DNA of 64,000 nt, from the NCBI GenBank assembly GCA_964016885.1, contig OZ024743.1:321718001-321782000 (forward strand), read 5' to 3'. This document shows, piece by piece, positions 1 through 14,600 of this stretch (within the stretch, counting starts at the first letter, position 1; the number at the start of each line of letters is the position of its first letter). Under the pieces are notes generated by a model. It saw only the letters and a program-made list of their open reading frames with translations. It made no database searches and had not been told where the DNA came from. This DNA is from Eledone cirrhosa (lineage: Eukaryota). A program made the translations under genes and the position numbers.

Positions 1-3000
1 AGTGGAGCTACACAGCAACATTGTGCTGAAGTGGAGTCACACAGCAACATTGTGTTTAAGTGGAGCTACACACCAACATTGTGCTGAAGTGGAGTCACAC
101 AGCAACATTGTGTTGAAATGGTGCCACACAGCAACATTGTGTTGAAGTGGAACCACACAGCAACATTGTGTTGAAGTGGAGCCACACAGCAACATTGTGT
201 TGAAGGGGAGCCAGACAGCAACATTGTGTTGAAGTGGGGCCACACAGCAACATTGTGTTGAAGTGGAGCCACACAGCAACATTGTGCTGAAGTGGAGCCA
301 CATAGCAACATTGTCCTGAAGTCGAGCCACACAGCAACATTGTGTTGAAGTGGAACCACACAGCAACATTGTGTTGAAGTGGACCCACACAGCAATATTG
401 TGTTGAAGTGGAGCCACACAGCAACATTGTGTTGAAGTGGACCTACACAGCAACATTGTGTTGAAGTGGAGCCACACAGCGCAACATTGTGTTGAAGTAG
501 ATCCACATAGCAGCATTGTCCTGAAGTGGAACCACACAGCAACATTAGTGCTGAAGTGGAGCCACATAGCAACATTGTCCTGAAGTGGAGATACACAGCA
601 ACATCGTGCTGAAGTGGAGTCACACAGCAACATTGTGTTGAAGTGGTGCCACACAGCAACATTGTGCTGAAGTGGACCCACACACCAACATTGTGCTGAA
701 GTGGAGCCACACAGCAACATTGTGTTGAAGTGGAGCCATACAGCAACATTGTGTTGAAGGGGAGCCACACAGCAACATTGTGTTGAAGTGGAGCCTCACA
801 GCAACATTGTGTTGAAGTGGAGGCCACACAGCAACATTGTGCTGAAGTTGAGCCACACAGCAACATTGTGTTGAAGTGGAGCCACACAGCAACATTGTGT
901 TCAGGTGGAGCCACATAGCAACATTGTGTTGAAGTGGAGACACACAGCAACATTGTGTTGAAGTGGAGCCACACAGCAACATTGTGTTGAAGTGGAGTCA
1001 CACAGCGACATTGTGTTGAAGTGGAGCCACACAGCAACATTGTGTTGAAGGGGACCCACACAGCAACATTGTGTTGAAGTGGAGCCACACAGCAACATTG
1101 TGTTGAAGTGGAGCCACACAGCAACATTGTGTTGAAGGGGACCCACACAGCAACATTGTGTTGAAGTGGAGCCACACAGCAACATTGTGTTGAAGTGGAG
1201 CCACACAGCAACATTGTGTTGAAGTGGAGCCACACAGCAACATCGTGTTGAAGTGGAGCCACACAGCAACATTGTGTTGAAGTGGAGCCACACAGCAACA
1301 TTGTGTTGAAGTGGAGCCACACAGCAATATTGTGTTCAAGTGGAGCCACATAGCAACATTGTGTTGAAGTGGACCCACACAGCAACATTGTGTTGAAGTG
1401 GAGCCACACATCAACATTGTGTTGAAGTGGAGCCACACAGCAACATTGTGTTGAAGTGGAGCCACACAGCAACATTGTGTTGAAGTGGAGCCACACAGCA
1501 ACATTGTGTTGAAGTGGAGCCACACAGCAACATTGTGTTGAAGTGGAGCCACACAGCAATATTGTGTTGAAGGAGACCCACACAGCAACATTGTGTTGAA
1601 GTGGAGCCACACAGCAACATTGTGTTGAAGTGGAGCCACACAGCAACATTGTGTTGAAGTGGAGCCACACAGCAACATCGTGTTGAAGTGGAGCCACACA
1701 GCAACATTGTGTTGAAGTGGAGCCACATAGCAACATTGTGTTGAAGTGGACCCACACAGCAACATCGTGTTGAAGTGGAGACACACAGCAACATTGTGTT
1801 GAAGGGGAGCCACACAGCAACATTGTTTGGAGTGGATCCACACAGCAACATTGTGTTGAAGTGGAGCGACACAGCAACGTTGTGCTGAAGGGGAGCCACA
1901 CAGCAACATTGTGTTGAAGTGGAGTCACACAGCGACATTGTGTTGAAGTGGAGCCACATAGCAACATTGTGTTGAAGTGGAGGCCACACAGCAACATTGT
2001 GCTGAAGTGGAGCTACACAGCAACATTGTGCTGAAGTGGAGTCACACAGCAACATTGTGTTGAAGTGGAGTCACACATCAATATTGTGTTGACGTGGACC
2101 CACACAGCAACATTGTGTTGAAGTGGAGCTACACAGCAACATTGTGTTGATGTGGAGCGACACAGCAACATTGTGTTGAAGTGGAGGCCACACAGCAACA
2201 TTGTGCTGAAGTGAAGCTACACAGCAATATTGTGTTGAAGTGGATCCACACAGCAACATTGTGTTGAAGTGGAGCCACACAGCAACATTGTGTTGAAAGT
2301 GGACCCACACAGCAACATTGTGTTGAAGTGGAGACACACAGCAACATTGTGTTGAAGGGGAGCCACACAGCAACATTGTTTTGAAGTGGAGCCACACAGC
2401 AACATTGTGTTGAAGTGGAGCGACACAGAAACATTGTGATGAAGGGGAGCCACACAGCAACATTGTGTTGAAGTGGAGCCACACATCGACATTGTGTTGA
2501 AGTGGAGCCACACAGCAACATTGTGTTGAAGTGGAGACACACAGCAACATTGTGTTGAAGTGGAGCCACACAGCAACGTTGTGCTGAAGAGGAGCCACAC
2601 AGCAACATTGTGTTGAAGTGGACCTATACAGCAACATTGTGTTGAAGTGGACCCACATAGCAACATTGTGTTGAAGAGGAGCCACACAGCAACATTGTTT
2701 TGAAGTGGAGCCACACAGCAATATTGTGTTGAAGTCGAGCCACACAGCAACATTGTGTTGAAGTGGACCCACACAGCAACTTTGTGTTGAAGTGGAGTCA
2801 CACAGCGCAACATTGTGTTGAAGTAGAGCCACATAGCAGCATTGTCCTGAAGTGGAACCACACAGCAACATTAGTGCTGAAGTGGAGCCACATAGCAACA
2901 TTGTCCTGAAGTGGAGCCACATAGCAACATTGTCCTGAAGTGGAGCTACACAGCAACATTGTGCTGAAGTGGAGCTACACAGCAACATTTTGTTGAAGTG

Positions 3001-6000
3001 GACCCACACAGCAACATTGTGTTGAAGTGGAGCCACACAGCAACATCGTGTTGAAGTGGAGCCACACAGCAACATTGTGTTGAAGTGGAGCCACACAGCA
3101 ACATTGTGTTGAAGTGGACCCACACATCAACATCGTGTTGAAGTGGAGACACACAGCAACATTGTGTTGAAGGGAAGCCACACAGCAACATTGTTTGGAG
3201 TGGATCCACACAGCAACATTGTGTTGAAGTGGAGCGACACAGCAACATTGTGCTGAAGGGGAGCCACACAGCAGCATTGTGTTGAAGTGGAGTCACACAG
3301 CGACATTGTGTTGAAGTGGAGCCACATAGCAACATTGTGTTGAAGTGGAGGCCACACAGCAACATTGTGCTGAAGTGGAGCTACACAGCAACATTGTGCT
3401 GAAGTGGAGTCACACAGCAACATTGTGTTGAAGTGGAGTCACACAGCAATATTGTGTTGACGTGGACCCACACAGCAACATTGTGTTGAAGTGGAGCTAC
3501 ACAGCAACATTGTGCTGGAGTGGAGCTACACAGCAACATTGTGCTGAAGTGGAGTCACACAGCAACATTGTGTTTAAGTGGAGCTACACACCAACATTGT
3601 GCTGAAGTGGAGTCACACAGCAACATTGTGTTGAAATGGTGCCACACAGCAACATTGTGTTGAAGTGGAACCACACAGCAACATTGTGTTGAAGTGGAGC
3701 CACACAGCAACATTGTGTTGAAGGGGAGCCAGACAGCAACATTGTGTTGAAGTGGGGCCACACAGCAACATTGTGTTGAAGTGGAGCCACACAGCAACAT
3801 TGTGCTGAAGTGGAGCCACATAGCAACATTGTCCTGAAGTCGAGCCACACAGCAACATTGTGTTGAAGTGGAACCACACAGCAACATTGTGTTGAAGTGG
3901 ACCCACACAGCAATATTGTGTTGAAGTGGAGCCACACAGCAACATTGTGTTGAAGTGGACCTACACAGCAACATTGTGTTGAAGTGGAGCCACACAGCGC
4001 AACATTGTGTTGAAGTAGATCCACATAGCAGCATTGTCCTGAAGTGGAACCACACAGCAACATTAGTGCTGAAGTGGAGCCACATAGCAACATTGTCCTG
4101 AAGTGGAGATACACAGCAACATCGTGCTGAAGTGGAGTCACACAGCAACATTGTGTTGAAGTGGTGCCACACAGCAACATTGTGCTGAAGTGGACCCACA
4201 CACCAACATTGTGCTGAAGTGGAGCCACACAGCAACATTGTGTTGAAGTGGAGCCATACAGCAACATTGTGTTGAAGGGGAGCCACACAGCAACATTGTG
4301 TTGAAGTGGAGCCTCACAGCAACATTGTGTTGAAGTGGAGGCCACACAGCAACATTGTGCTGAAGTTGAGCCACACAGCAACATTGTGTTGAAGTGGAGC
4401 CACACAGCAACATTGTGTTCAGGTGGAGCCACATAGCAACATTGTGTTGAAGTGGAGACACACAGCAACATTGTGTTGAAGTGGAGCCACACAGCAACAT
4501 TGTGTTGAAGTGGAGTCACACAGCGACATTGTGTTGAAGTGGAGCCACACAGCAACATTGTGTTGAAGGGGACCCACACAGCAACATTGTGTTGAAGTGG
4601 AGCCACACAGCAACATTGTGTTGAAGTGGAGCCACACAGCAACATTGTGTTGAAGGGGACCCACACAGCAACATTGTGTTGAAGTGGAGCCACACAGCAA
4701 CATTGTGTTGAGGTGGAGCCACACAGCAACATTGTGTTGAAGTGGAGCCACACAGCAACATCGTGTTGAAGTGGAGCCACACAGCAACATTGTGTTGAAG
4801 TGGAGCCACACAGCAACATTGTGTTGAAGTGGAGCCACACAGCAATATTGTGTTCAAGTGGAGCCACATAGCAACATTGTGTTGAAGTGGACCCACACAG
4901 CAACATTGTGTTGAAGTGGAGCCACACATCAACATTGTGTTGAAGTGGAGCCACACAGCAACATTGTGTTGAAGTGGAGCCACACAGCAACATTGTGTTG
5001 AAGTGGAGCCACACAGCAACATTGTGTTGAAGTGGAGCCACACAGCAACATTGTGTTGAAGTGGAGCCACACAGCAATATTGTGTTGAAGGGGACCCACA
5101 CAGCAACATTGTGTTGAAGTGGAGCCACACAGCAACATTGTGTTGAAGTGGAGCCACACAGCAACATTGTGTTGAAGTGGAGCCACACAGCAACATCGTG
5201 TTGAAGTGGAGTCACACAGCAACATTGTGTTGAAATGGTGCCACACAGCAACATTGTGTTGAAGTGGAACCACACAGCAACATTGTGTTGAAGTGGAGCC
5301 ACACAGCAACATTGTGTTGAAGGGGAGCCAGACAGCAACATTGTGTTGAAGTGGAGGCCACACAGCAACATTGTGCTGAAGTGGAGCTACACAGCAACAT
5401 TGTGCTGAAGTGGAGTCACACAGCAACATTGTGTTGAAGTGGAGTCACACAGCAATATTGTGTTGACGTGGACCCACACAGCAACATTGTGTTGAAGTGG
5501 AGCTACACAGCAACATTGTGCTGGAGTGGAGCTACACAGCAACATTGTGCTGAAGTGGAGTCACACAGCAACATTGTGTTTAAGTGGAGCTACACACCAA
5601 CATTGTGCTGAAGTGGAGTCACACAGCAACATTGTGTTGAAATGGTGCCACACAGCAACATTGTGTTGAAGTGGAACCACACAGCAACATTGTGTTGAAG
5701 TGGAGCCACACAGCAACATTGTGTTGAAGGGGAGCCAGACAGCAACATTGTGTTGAAGTGGGGCCACACAGCAACATTGTGTTGAAGTGGAGCCACACAG
5801 CAACATTGTGCTGAAGTGGAGCCACATAGCAACATTGTCCTGAAGTCGAGCCACACAGCAACATTGTGTTGAAGTGGAACCACACAGCAACATTGTGTTG
5901 AAGTGGACCCACACAGCAATATTGTGTTGAAGTGGAGGCCACACAGCAACATTGTGCTGAAGTGAAGCTACACAGCAATATTGTGTTGAAGTGGAGCCAC

Positions 6001-9000
6001 ACAGCAACATTGTGTTGAAGTGGAGCCACACAGCAACATTGTGTTGAAAGTGGACCCACACAGCAACATTGTGTTGAAGTGGAGACACACAGCAACATTG
6101 TGTTGAAGGGGAGCCACACAGCAACATTGTTTTGAAGTGGAGCCACACAGCAACATTGTGTTGAAGTGGAGCGACACAGAAACATTGTGATGAAGGGGAG
6201 CCACACAGCAACATTGTGTTGAAGTGGAGCCACACATCGACATTGTGTTGAAGTGGAGCCACACAGCAACATTGTGTTGAAGTGGAGACACACAGCAACA
6301 TTGTGTTGAAGTGGAGCCACACAGCAACGTTGTGCTGAAGAGGAGCCACACAGCAACATTGTGTTGAAGTGGACCTATACAGCAACATTGTGTTGAAGTG
6401 GACCCACATAGCAACATTGTGTTGAAGAGGAGCCACACAGCAACATTGTTTTGAAGTGGAGCCACACAGCAATATTGTGTTGAAGTCGAGCCACACAGCA
6501 ACATTGTGTTGAAGTGGACCCACACAGCAACTTTGTGTTGAAGTGGAGTCACACAGCGCAACATTGTGTTGAAGTAGAGCCACATAGCAGCATTGTCCTG
6601 AAGTGGAACCACACAGCAACATTAGTGCTGAAGTGGAGCCACATAGCAACATTGTCCTGAAGTGGAGCCACATAGCAACATTGTCCTGAAGTGGAGCTAC
6701 ACAGCAACATTGTGCTGAAGTGGAGCTACACAGCAACATTTTGTTGAAGTGGACCCACACAGCAACATTGTGTTGAAGTGGAGCCACACAGCAACATCGT
6801 GTTGAAGTGGAGCCACACAGCAACATTGTGTTGAAGTGGAGCCACACAGCAACATTGTGTTGAAGTGGACCCACACATCAACATCGTGTTGAAGTGGAGA
6901 CACACAGCAACATTGTGTTGAAGGGAAGCCACACAGCAACATTGTTTGGAGTGGATCCACACAGCAACATTGTGTTGAAGTGGAGCGACACAGCAACATT
7001 GTGCTGAAGGGGAGCCACACAGCAGCATTGTGTTGAAGTGGAGTCACACAGCGACATTGTGTTGAAGTGGAGCCACATAGCAACATTGTGTTGAAGTGGA
7101 GGCCACACAGCAACATTGTGCTGAAGTGGAGCTACACAGCAACATTGTGCTGAAGTGGAGTCACACAGCAACATTGTGTTGAAGTGGAGTCACACAGCAA
7201 TATTGTGTTGACGTGGACCCACACAGCAACATTGTGTTGAAGTGGAGCTACACAGCAACATTGTGCTGGAGTGGAGCTACACAGCAACATTGTGCTGAAG
7301 TGGAGTCACACAGCAACATTGTGTTTAAGTGGAGCTACACACCAACATTGTGCTGAAGTGGAGTCACACAGCAACATTGTGTTGAAATGGTGCCACACAG
7401 CAACATTGTGTTGAAGTGGAACCACACAGCAACATTGTGTTGAAGTGGAGCCACACAGCAACATTGTGTTGAAGGGGAGCCAGACAGCAACATTGTGTTG
7501 AAGTGGGGCCACACAGCAACATTGTGTTGAAGTGGAGCCACACAGCAACATTGTGCTGAAGTGGAGCCACATAGCAACATTGTCCTGAAGTCGAGCCACA
7601 CAGCAACATTGTGTTGAAGTGGAACCACACAGCAACATTGTGTTGAAGTGGACCCACACAGCAATATTGTGTTGAAGTGGAGCCACACAGCAACATTGTG
7701 TTGAAGTGGACCTACACAGCAACATTGTGTTGAAGTGGAGCCACACAGCGCAACATTGTGTTGAAGTAGATCCACATAGCAGCATTGTCCTGAAGTGGAA
7801 CCACACAGCAACATTAGTGCTGAAGTGGAGCCACATAGCAACATTGTCCTGAAGTGGAGATACACAGCAACATCGTGCTGAAGTGGAGTCACACAGCAAC
7901 ATTGTGTTGAAGTGGTGCCACACAGCAACATTGTGCTGAAGTGGACCCACACACCAACATTGTGCTGAAGTGGAGCCACACAGCAACATTGTGTTGAAGT
8001 GGAGCCATACAGCAACATTGTGTTGAAGGGGAGCCACACAGCAACATTGTGTTGAAGTGGAGCCTCACAGCAACATTGTGTTGAAGTGGAGGCCACACAG
8101 CAACATTGTGCTGAAGTTGAGCCACACAGCAACATTGTGTTGAAGTGGAGCCACACAGCAACATTGTGTTCAGGTGGAGCCACATAGCAACATTGTGTTG
8201 AAGTGGAGACACACAGCAACATTGTGTTGAAGTGGAGCCACACAGCAACATTGTGTTGAAGTGGAGTCACACAGCGACATTGTGTTGAAGTGGAGCCACA
8301 CAGCAACATTGTGTTGAAGGGGACCCACACAGCAACATTGTGTTGAAGTGGAGCCACACAGCAACATTGTGTTGAAGTGGAGCCACACAGCAACATTGTG
8401 TTGAAGGGGACCCACACAGCAACATTGTGTTGAAGTGGAGCCACACAGCAACATTGTGTTGAAGTGGAGCCACACAGCAACATTGTGTTGAAGTGGAGCC
8501 ACACAGCAACATCGTGTTGAAGTGGAGCCACACAGCAACATTGTGTTGAAGTGGAGCCACACAGCAACATTGTGTTGAAGTGGAGCCACACAGCAATATT
8601 GTGTTCAAGTGGAGCGACATAGCAACATTGTGTTGAAGTGGAGCCACACAGCAACATTGTGTTGAAGTGGAGCCACACATCAACATTGTGTTGAAGTGGA
8701 GCCACACAGCAACATTGTGTTGAAGTGGAGCCACACAGCAACATTGTGTTGAAGTGGAGCCACACAGCAACATTGTGTTGAAGTGGAGCCACACAGCAAC
8801 ATTGTGTTGAAGTGGAGCCACACAGCAATATTGTGTTGAAGGGGACCCACACAGCAACATTGTGTTGAAGTGGAGCCACACAGCAACATTGTGTTGAAGT
8901 GGAGCCACACAGCAACATTGTGTTGAAGTGGAGCCACACAGCAACATCGTGTTGAAGTGGAGTCACACAGCAACATTGTGTTGAAATGGTGCCACACAGC

Positions 9001-11100
9001 AACATTGTGTTGAAGTGGAACCACACAGCAACATTGTGTTGAAGTGGAGCCACACAGCAACATTGTGTTGAAGGGGAGCCAGACAGCAACATTGTGTTGA
9101 AGTGGAGGCCACACAGCAACATTGTGCTGAAGTGGAGCTACACAGCAACATTGTGCTGAAGTGGAGTCACACAGCAACATTGTGTTGAAGTGGAGTCACA
9201 CAGCAATATTGTGTTGACGTGGACCCACACAGCAACATTGTGTTGAAGTGGAGCTACACAGCAACATTGTGCTGGAGTGGAGCTACACAGCAACATTGTG
9301 CTGAAGTGGAGTCACACAGCAACATTGTGTTTAAGTGGAGCTACACACCAACATTGTGCTGAAGTGGAGTCACACAGCAACATTGTGTTGAAATGGTGCC
9401 ACACAGCAACATTGTGTTGAAGTGGAACCACACAGCAACATTGTGTTGAAGTGGAGCCACACAGCAACATTGTGTTGAAGGGGAGCCAGACAGCAACATT
9501 GTGTTGAAGTGGGGCCACACAGCAACATTGTGTTGAAGTGGAGCCACACAGCAACATTGTGCTGAAGTGGAGCCACATAGCAACATTGTCCTGAAGTCGA
9601 GCCACACAGCAACATTGTGTTGAAGTGGAACCACACAGCAACATTGTGTTGAAGTGGACCCACACAGCAATATTGTGTTGAAGTGGAGCCACACAGCAAC
9701 ATTGTGTTGAAGTGGACCTACACAGCAACATTGTGTTGAAGTGGAGCCACACAGCGCAACATTGTGTTGAAGTAGATCCACATAGCAGCATTGTCCTGAA
9801 GTGGAACCACACAGCAACATTAGTGCTGAAGTGGAGCCACATAGCAACATTGTCCTGAAGTGGAGATACACAGCAACATCGTGCTGAAGTGGAGTCACAC
9901 AGCAACATTGTGTTGAAGTGGTGCCACACAGCAACATTGTGCTGAAGTGGACCCACACACCAACATTGTGCTGAAGTGGAGCCACACAGCAACATTGTGT
10001 TGAAGTGGAGCCATACAGCAACATTGTGTTGAAGGGGAGCCACACAGCAACATTGTGTTGAAGTGGAGCCTCACAGCAACATTGTGTTGAAGTGGAGGCC
10101 ACACAGCAACATTGTGCTGAAGTTGAGCCACACAGCAACATTGTGTTGAAGTGGAGCCACACAGCAACATTGTGTTCAGGTGGAGCCACATAGCAACATT
10201 GTGTTGAAGTGGAGACACACAGCAACATTGTGTTGAAGTGGAGCCACACAGCAACATTGTGTTGAAGTGGAGTCACACAGCGACATTGTGTTGAAGTGGA
10301 GCCACACAGCAACATTGTGTTGAAGGGGACCCACACAGCAACATTGTGTTGAAGTGGAGCCACACAGCAACATTGTGTTGAAGTGGAGCCACACAGCAAC
10401 ATTGTGTTGAAGGGGACCCACACAGCAACATTGTGTTGAAGTGGAGCCACACAGCAACATTGTGTTGAAGTGGAGCCACACAGCAACATTGTGTTGAAGT
10501 GGAGCCACACAGCAACATCGTGTTGAAGTGGAGCCACACAGCAACATTGTGTTGAAGTGGAGCCACACAGCAACATTGTGTTGAAGTGGAGCCACACAGC
10601 AATATTGTGTTCAAGTGGAGCCACATAGCAACATTGTGTTGAAGTGGACCCACACAGCAACATTGTGTTGAAGTGGAGCCACACATCAACATTGTGTTGA
10701 AGTGGAGCCACACAGCAACATTGTGTTGAAGTGGAGCCACACAGCAACATTGTGTTGAAGTGGAGCCACACAGCAACATTGTGTTGAAGTGGAGCCACAC
10801 AGCAACATTGTGTTGAAGTGGAGCCACACAGCAATATTGTGTTGAAGGAGACCCACACAGCAACATTGTGTTGAAGTGGAGCCACACAGCAACATTGTGT
10901 TGAAGTGGAGCCACACAGCAACATTGTGTTGAAGTGGAGCCACACAGCAACATCGTGTTGAAGTGGAGCCACACAGCAACATTGTGTTGAAGTGGAGCCA
11001 CATAGCAACATTGTGTTGAAGTGGACCCACACAGCAACATCGTGTTGAAGTGGAGACACACAGCAACATTGTGTTGAAGGGGAGCCACACAGCAACATTG
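1..11100. repeat. Sub-domain A: a 1.5-1.8 kb variant block present four times (near 1, 3519, 7270, 9276) plus a truncated copy near 5525
   Basis: Identical 243-aa translations at 37, 3555, 7306 and 9312 (offsets 3518=121 monomers, 3751, 2006=69 monomers). Private markers include gttcaggtgg, gagcctcac, gaagttgagcc and ccagacag. Positions 1-1825 match 9276-11100. Confidence 0.88.
2171..9687. repeat. Higher-order tandem duplication, period 3751 bp (129 monomers), two near-identical copies (about 2171-5921 and 5922-9687)
   Basis: ORF-track offsets are constant at 3751 (2217/5968, 2946/6697, 3555/7306, 4929/8680, 5561/9312). 129x29=3741, plus a net +10 from the indel monomers counted in the unit. 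About 4 substitutions noticed between copies (e.g. 2243 ggatcc vs 5994 ggagcc; 4711 aggtgg vs 8462 aagtgg). Confidence 0.92.
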
Positions 11101-11649
11101 TGTTGAAGTGGAACCACACAGCAACATTGTGTTGAAGTGGAGCGACACAGCAACATTGTGTTGAAGTGGAGGCCACCAGCAACATTGTACTGAAGTGGAG
11201 CCACATAGCAACATTGTGTTGGAGTGGAGACACACAGCAACATTGTGTTGAAGTGGAGCCACACAGCAACTTTGTGCTGAAGGGGAGCCACACAGCAACA
11301 TTGTGTTGAAGTGGATCCACACAGCAACATTGTGTTGAAGTGGACCCACATAGCAACATTGTGTTGAAGAGGAGCCACACAGCAACATTGTTTTGAAGTG
11401 GAGCCACACAGCAATATTGTGTTGAAGTCGAGCCACACAGCAACATTGTGTTGAAGTGGACCCACACAGCAACGTTGTGTTGAAGTGGAGTCACACAGCG
11501 CAACATTGTGTTGAAGTAGAGCCACATAGCAGCATTGTCCTGAAGTGGAACCACATAGCAGCATTGTCCTGAAGTGGAGACACACAGCAACATTGTGCTG
11601 AAGTGGAGCTACACAGCAACATTGTGCTGAAGTGGAGCTACACAGCAAC

Positions 11650-14600
11650 ATTGTGCTGAAGTGGAGTCACACAGCAACATTGTGTTGAAGTGGAGTCACA
11701 CAGCAATATTGTGTTGAAGTGGAGCTACTCAGCAACATTGTGCTGAAGTGGAACCACACAGCAACGTTGTGTTGAAGTGGTGCCACACAGCAACATTGTG
11801 TTGAAGTGGACCCACACAGCAACATTGTGCTGAAGTGGAACCACACAGCAACATTGTGTTGAAGTGGAACCACACAGCAACATTGTGCTGAAGTGGAGCG
11901 ACATAGCAACATTGTGCTGAAGTGGAGCCACATAGCAACATTGTGCTGAAGTGGAGCCACATAGCAACATTGTGCTGAATTCGAGCCACACAGCAAAATT
12001 GTGTTGAAGTGCAGCCACACAGCAACATTGTGCTGAAGTGGAGCCACATAGCAACATTGTGTTGAAGTGGAGCCACACAGCAACATTGTGCTGAAGTGAA
12101 ACCACACAGCAACATTGTGTTGAAGTGGAGCCACACAATAAACATGGTGTTGAAGTGGAGCCACACAGCAACATTGTGTTGACGTGGAGCCACTTAGCAA
12201 TATTGTGTTGAAGTGGATCGACATAGCAACATTGTGCTGAAGTGGATCGACATAGCAACGTTGTGCTGAAGTGGAGCCAAATAGCAACATTGTGCTGAAG
12301 TGGAGCCACATAGCAACATTGTGCTGAAGGGGAGCTACACAGCAACATTGTGTTGAAGTGGAGCCACACAGCAACATTGTGCTGAAGTGGACCCACACAG
12401 CAATATTGTGTTGAAGTGGAGACACACAGCAACATTGTGTTAAAGTAGAGCCACACAGCAACATTGTGTTGAAGTGGATCCACATAGCAACATTGTGTTG
12501 AAGTAGAGCCATATAGCAACATTGTGTTGAAGTGGAGCCACACAGCAACATTGTGTTGAAGTGGAGCTACACAGCAACATTGTGCTGAAGTAGAGCCACA
12601 TAGCAAGATTGTGTTGAAGTGGAATCACACAGCAACATTGTGTTGAGGTGGAGCGACATAGCAACATTGTGCTGAAGTAGAGTCACACAGCAACATTGTG
12701 TTGAAGTGGAGCCACACAGCAACATTGTGCTGAAGTGGAACCACATAGCAACATTGTCCTGAAGTGGAGCCACAGAGCAACATTGTGTTGAAGTGGAACC
12801 ACACAGCAACATCGTTTTGAAGTGGAACCACACAGCAATATTGTGTTGAAGTGGAGCCACACAGCAACATTGTGTTGAAGTGGAGTCACACAGCAATATT
12901 GTGTTGACGTGGAGCCATGCAGCAACATTCTGCTGGAGTGGAGCTACAAAGCAACATTGTGCTGAAGTGGAGCTACACAGCAACATTATGCTGAAGTGGA
13001 GTCACACAGCAACATTGTGTTGAAGTGGAGCTACACAGCAACATTGTGCTGAAGTGGAACCACACAGCAACGTTGTGTTGAAGTGGTGCCACACAGCAAC
13101 ATTGTGTTGAAGTGGACCCACACAGCAACATTGTGCTGAAGTGGAACCACACAGCAACATTGTGTTGAAGTGGAACCACACAGCAACATTGTGCTGAAGT
13201 GGAGCCACACAGCAAGATTGTGTTGAAGTGGAGCCACACAGCATCATTGTGCTGAAGTGGAGCCACATAGCAACATTGTGTTGAAGTGGAGCCACACAGC
13301 AATATTGTGTTGAAGTGGAGCGACATAGCAACATTGTGCTGAAGTGGAGCCACATAGCAACATTGTGCTGAAGTGGAGCCACATAGCAACATTGTGCTGA
13401 ATTGGAGCCACACAGCAACATTGTGTTGAAGTGCAGCCACACAGCAACATTGTGCTGAAGTGGAGCCACATAGCAACATTGTGTTGAAGTGGAGCCACAC
13501 AGCAACATTGTGCTGAAGTGAAACCACACAGCAACATTGTGTTGAAGTGGAGCCACACAATAAACATGGTGTTGAAGTGGAGCCACACAGCAACATCGTG
13601 TTGACGTGGAGCCACTTAGCAATATTGTGTTGAAGTGGATCGACATAGCAACATTGTGCTGAAGTGGATCGACATAGCAACGTTGTGCTGAAGTGGAGCC
13701 AAATAGCAACATTGTGCTGAAGTGGAGCCACACAGCAACATTGTGCTGAAGGGGAGCTACACAGCAACATTGTGTTGAAGTGGAGCCACACAGCAACATT
13801 GTGCTGAAGTGGACCCACACAGCAATATTGTGTTGAAGTGGAGCCACACAGCAACATTGTGTTAAAGTAGAGCCACACAGCAACATTGTGTTGAAGTGGA
13901 TCCACATAGCAACATTGTGTTGAAGTAGAGCCATATAGCAACATTGTGTTGAAGTGGAGCCACACAGCAACATTGTGTTGAAGTGGAGCTACACAGCAAC
14001 ATTGTGCTGAAGTAGAGCCACATAGCAAGATTGTGTTGAAGTGGAATCACACAGCAACATTGTGTTGAGGTGGAGCGACATAGCAACATTGTGCTGAAGT
14101 GGAGTCACACAGCAACATTGTGTTGAAGTGGAGCCACACAGCAACATTGTGCTGAAGTGGAACCACATAGCAACATTGTCCTGAAGTGGAGGCCACACAG
14201 CAACATTGTGTTGAAGTGGAACCACACAGCAACATCGTTTTGAAGTGGAACCACACAGCAATATTGTGTTGAAGTGGAGCCACACAGCAACATTGTGTTG
14301 AAGTGGAGCCACACAGCAACATTGTGTTGAAGTGGAGCCACACAGCGCAAAATTGTGTTTAAGTAGAGCCACATAGCAGCATTGTCCTGAAGTGGAACCA
14401 CACAGCAACATTGTGCTGAAGTGGAGCTACACAGCAACATTGTGCTGAAATGGAGCTACACAGCAACATTGTGCTGAAGTGGAGCTACACAGCAACATTG
14501 TGCTGAAGTGGAGCTACACAGCAACATTGTGCTGAAGTGGAGCTACACAGCAACATTGTGCTGAAGTGGAGTCACACAGCAACATTGTGTTGAAGTGGAG

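Noticed and set aside
463-581. The +2 (cagcgc) and +1 (cattagtg) insertions sum to +3, suggesting selection to keep a reading frame
   Set aside because: All minus-strand frames are equivalent, other indels (+1, -1, -4, +7) do not conserve frame, and the +2 also occurs without the +1 (e.g. about 11497, 14345, 49040).
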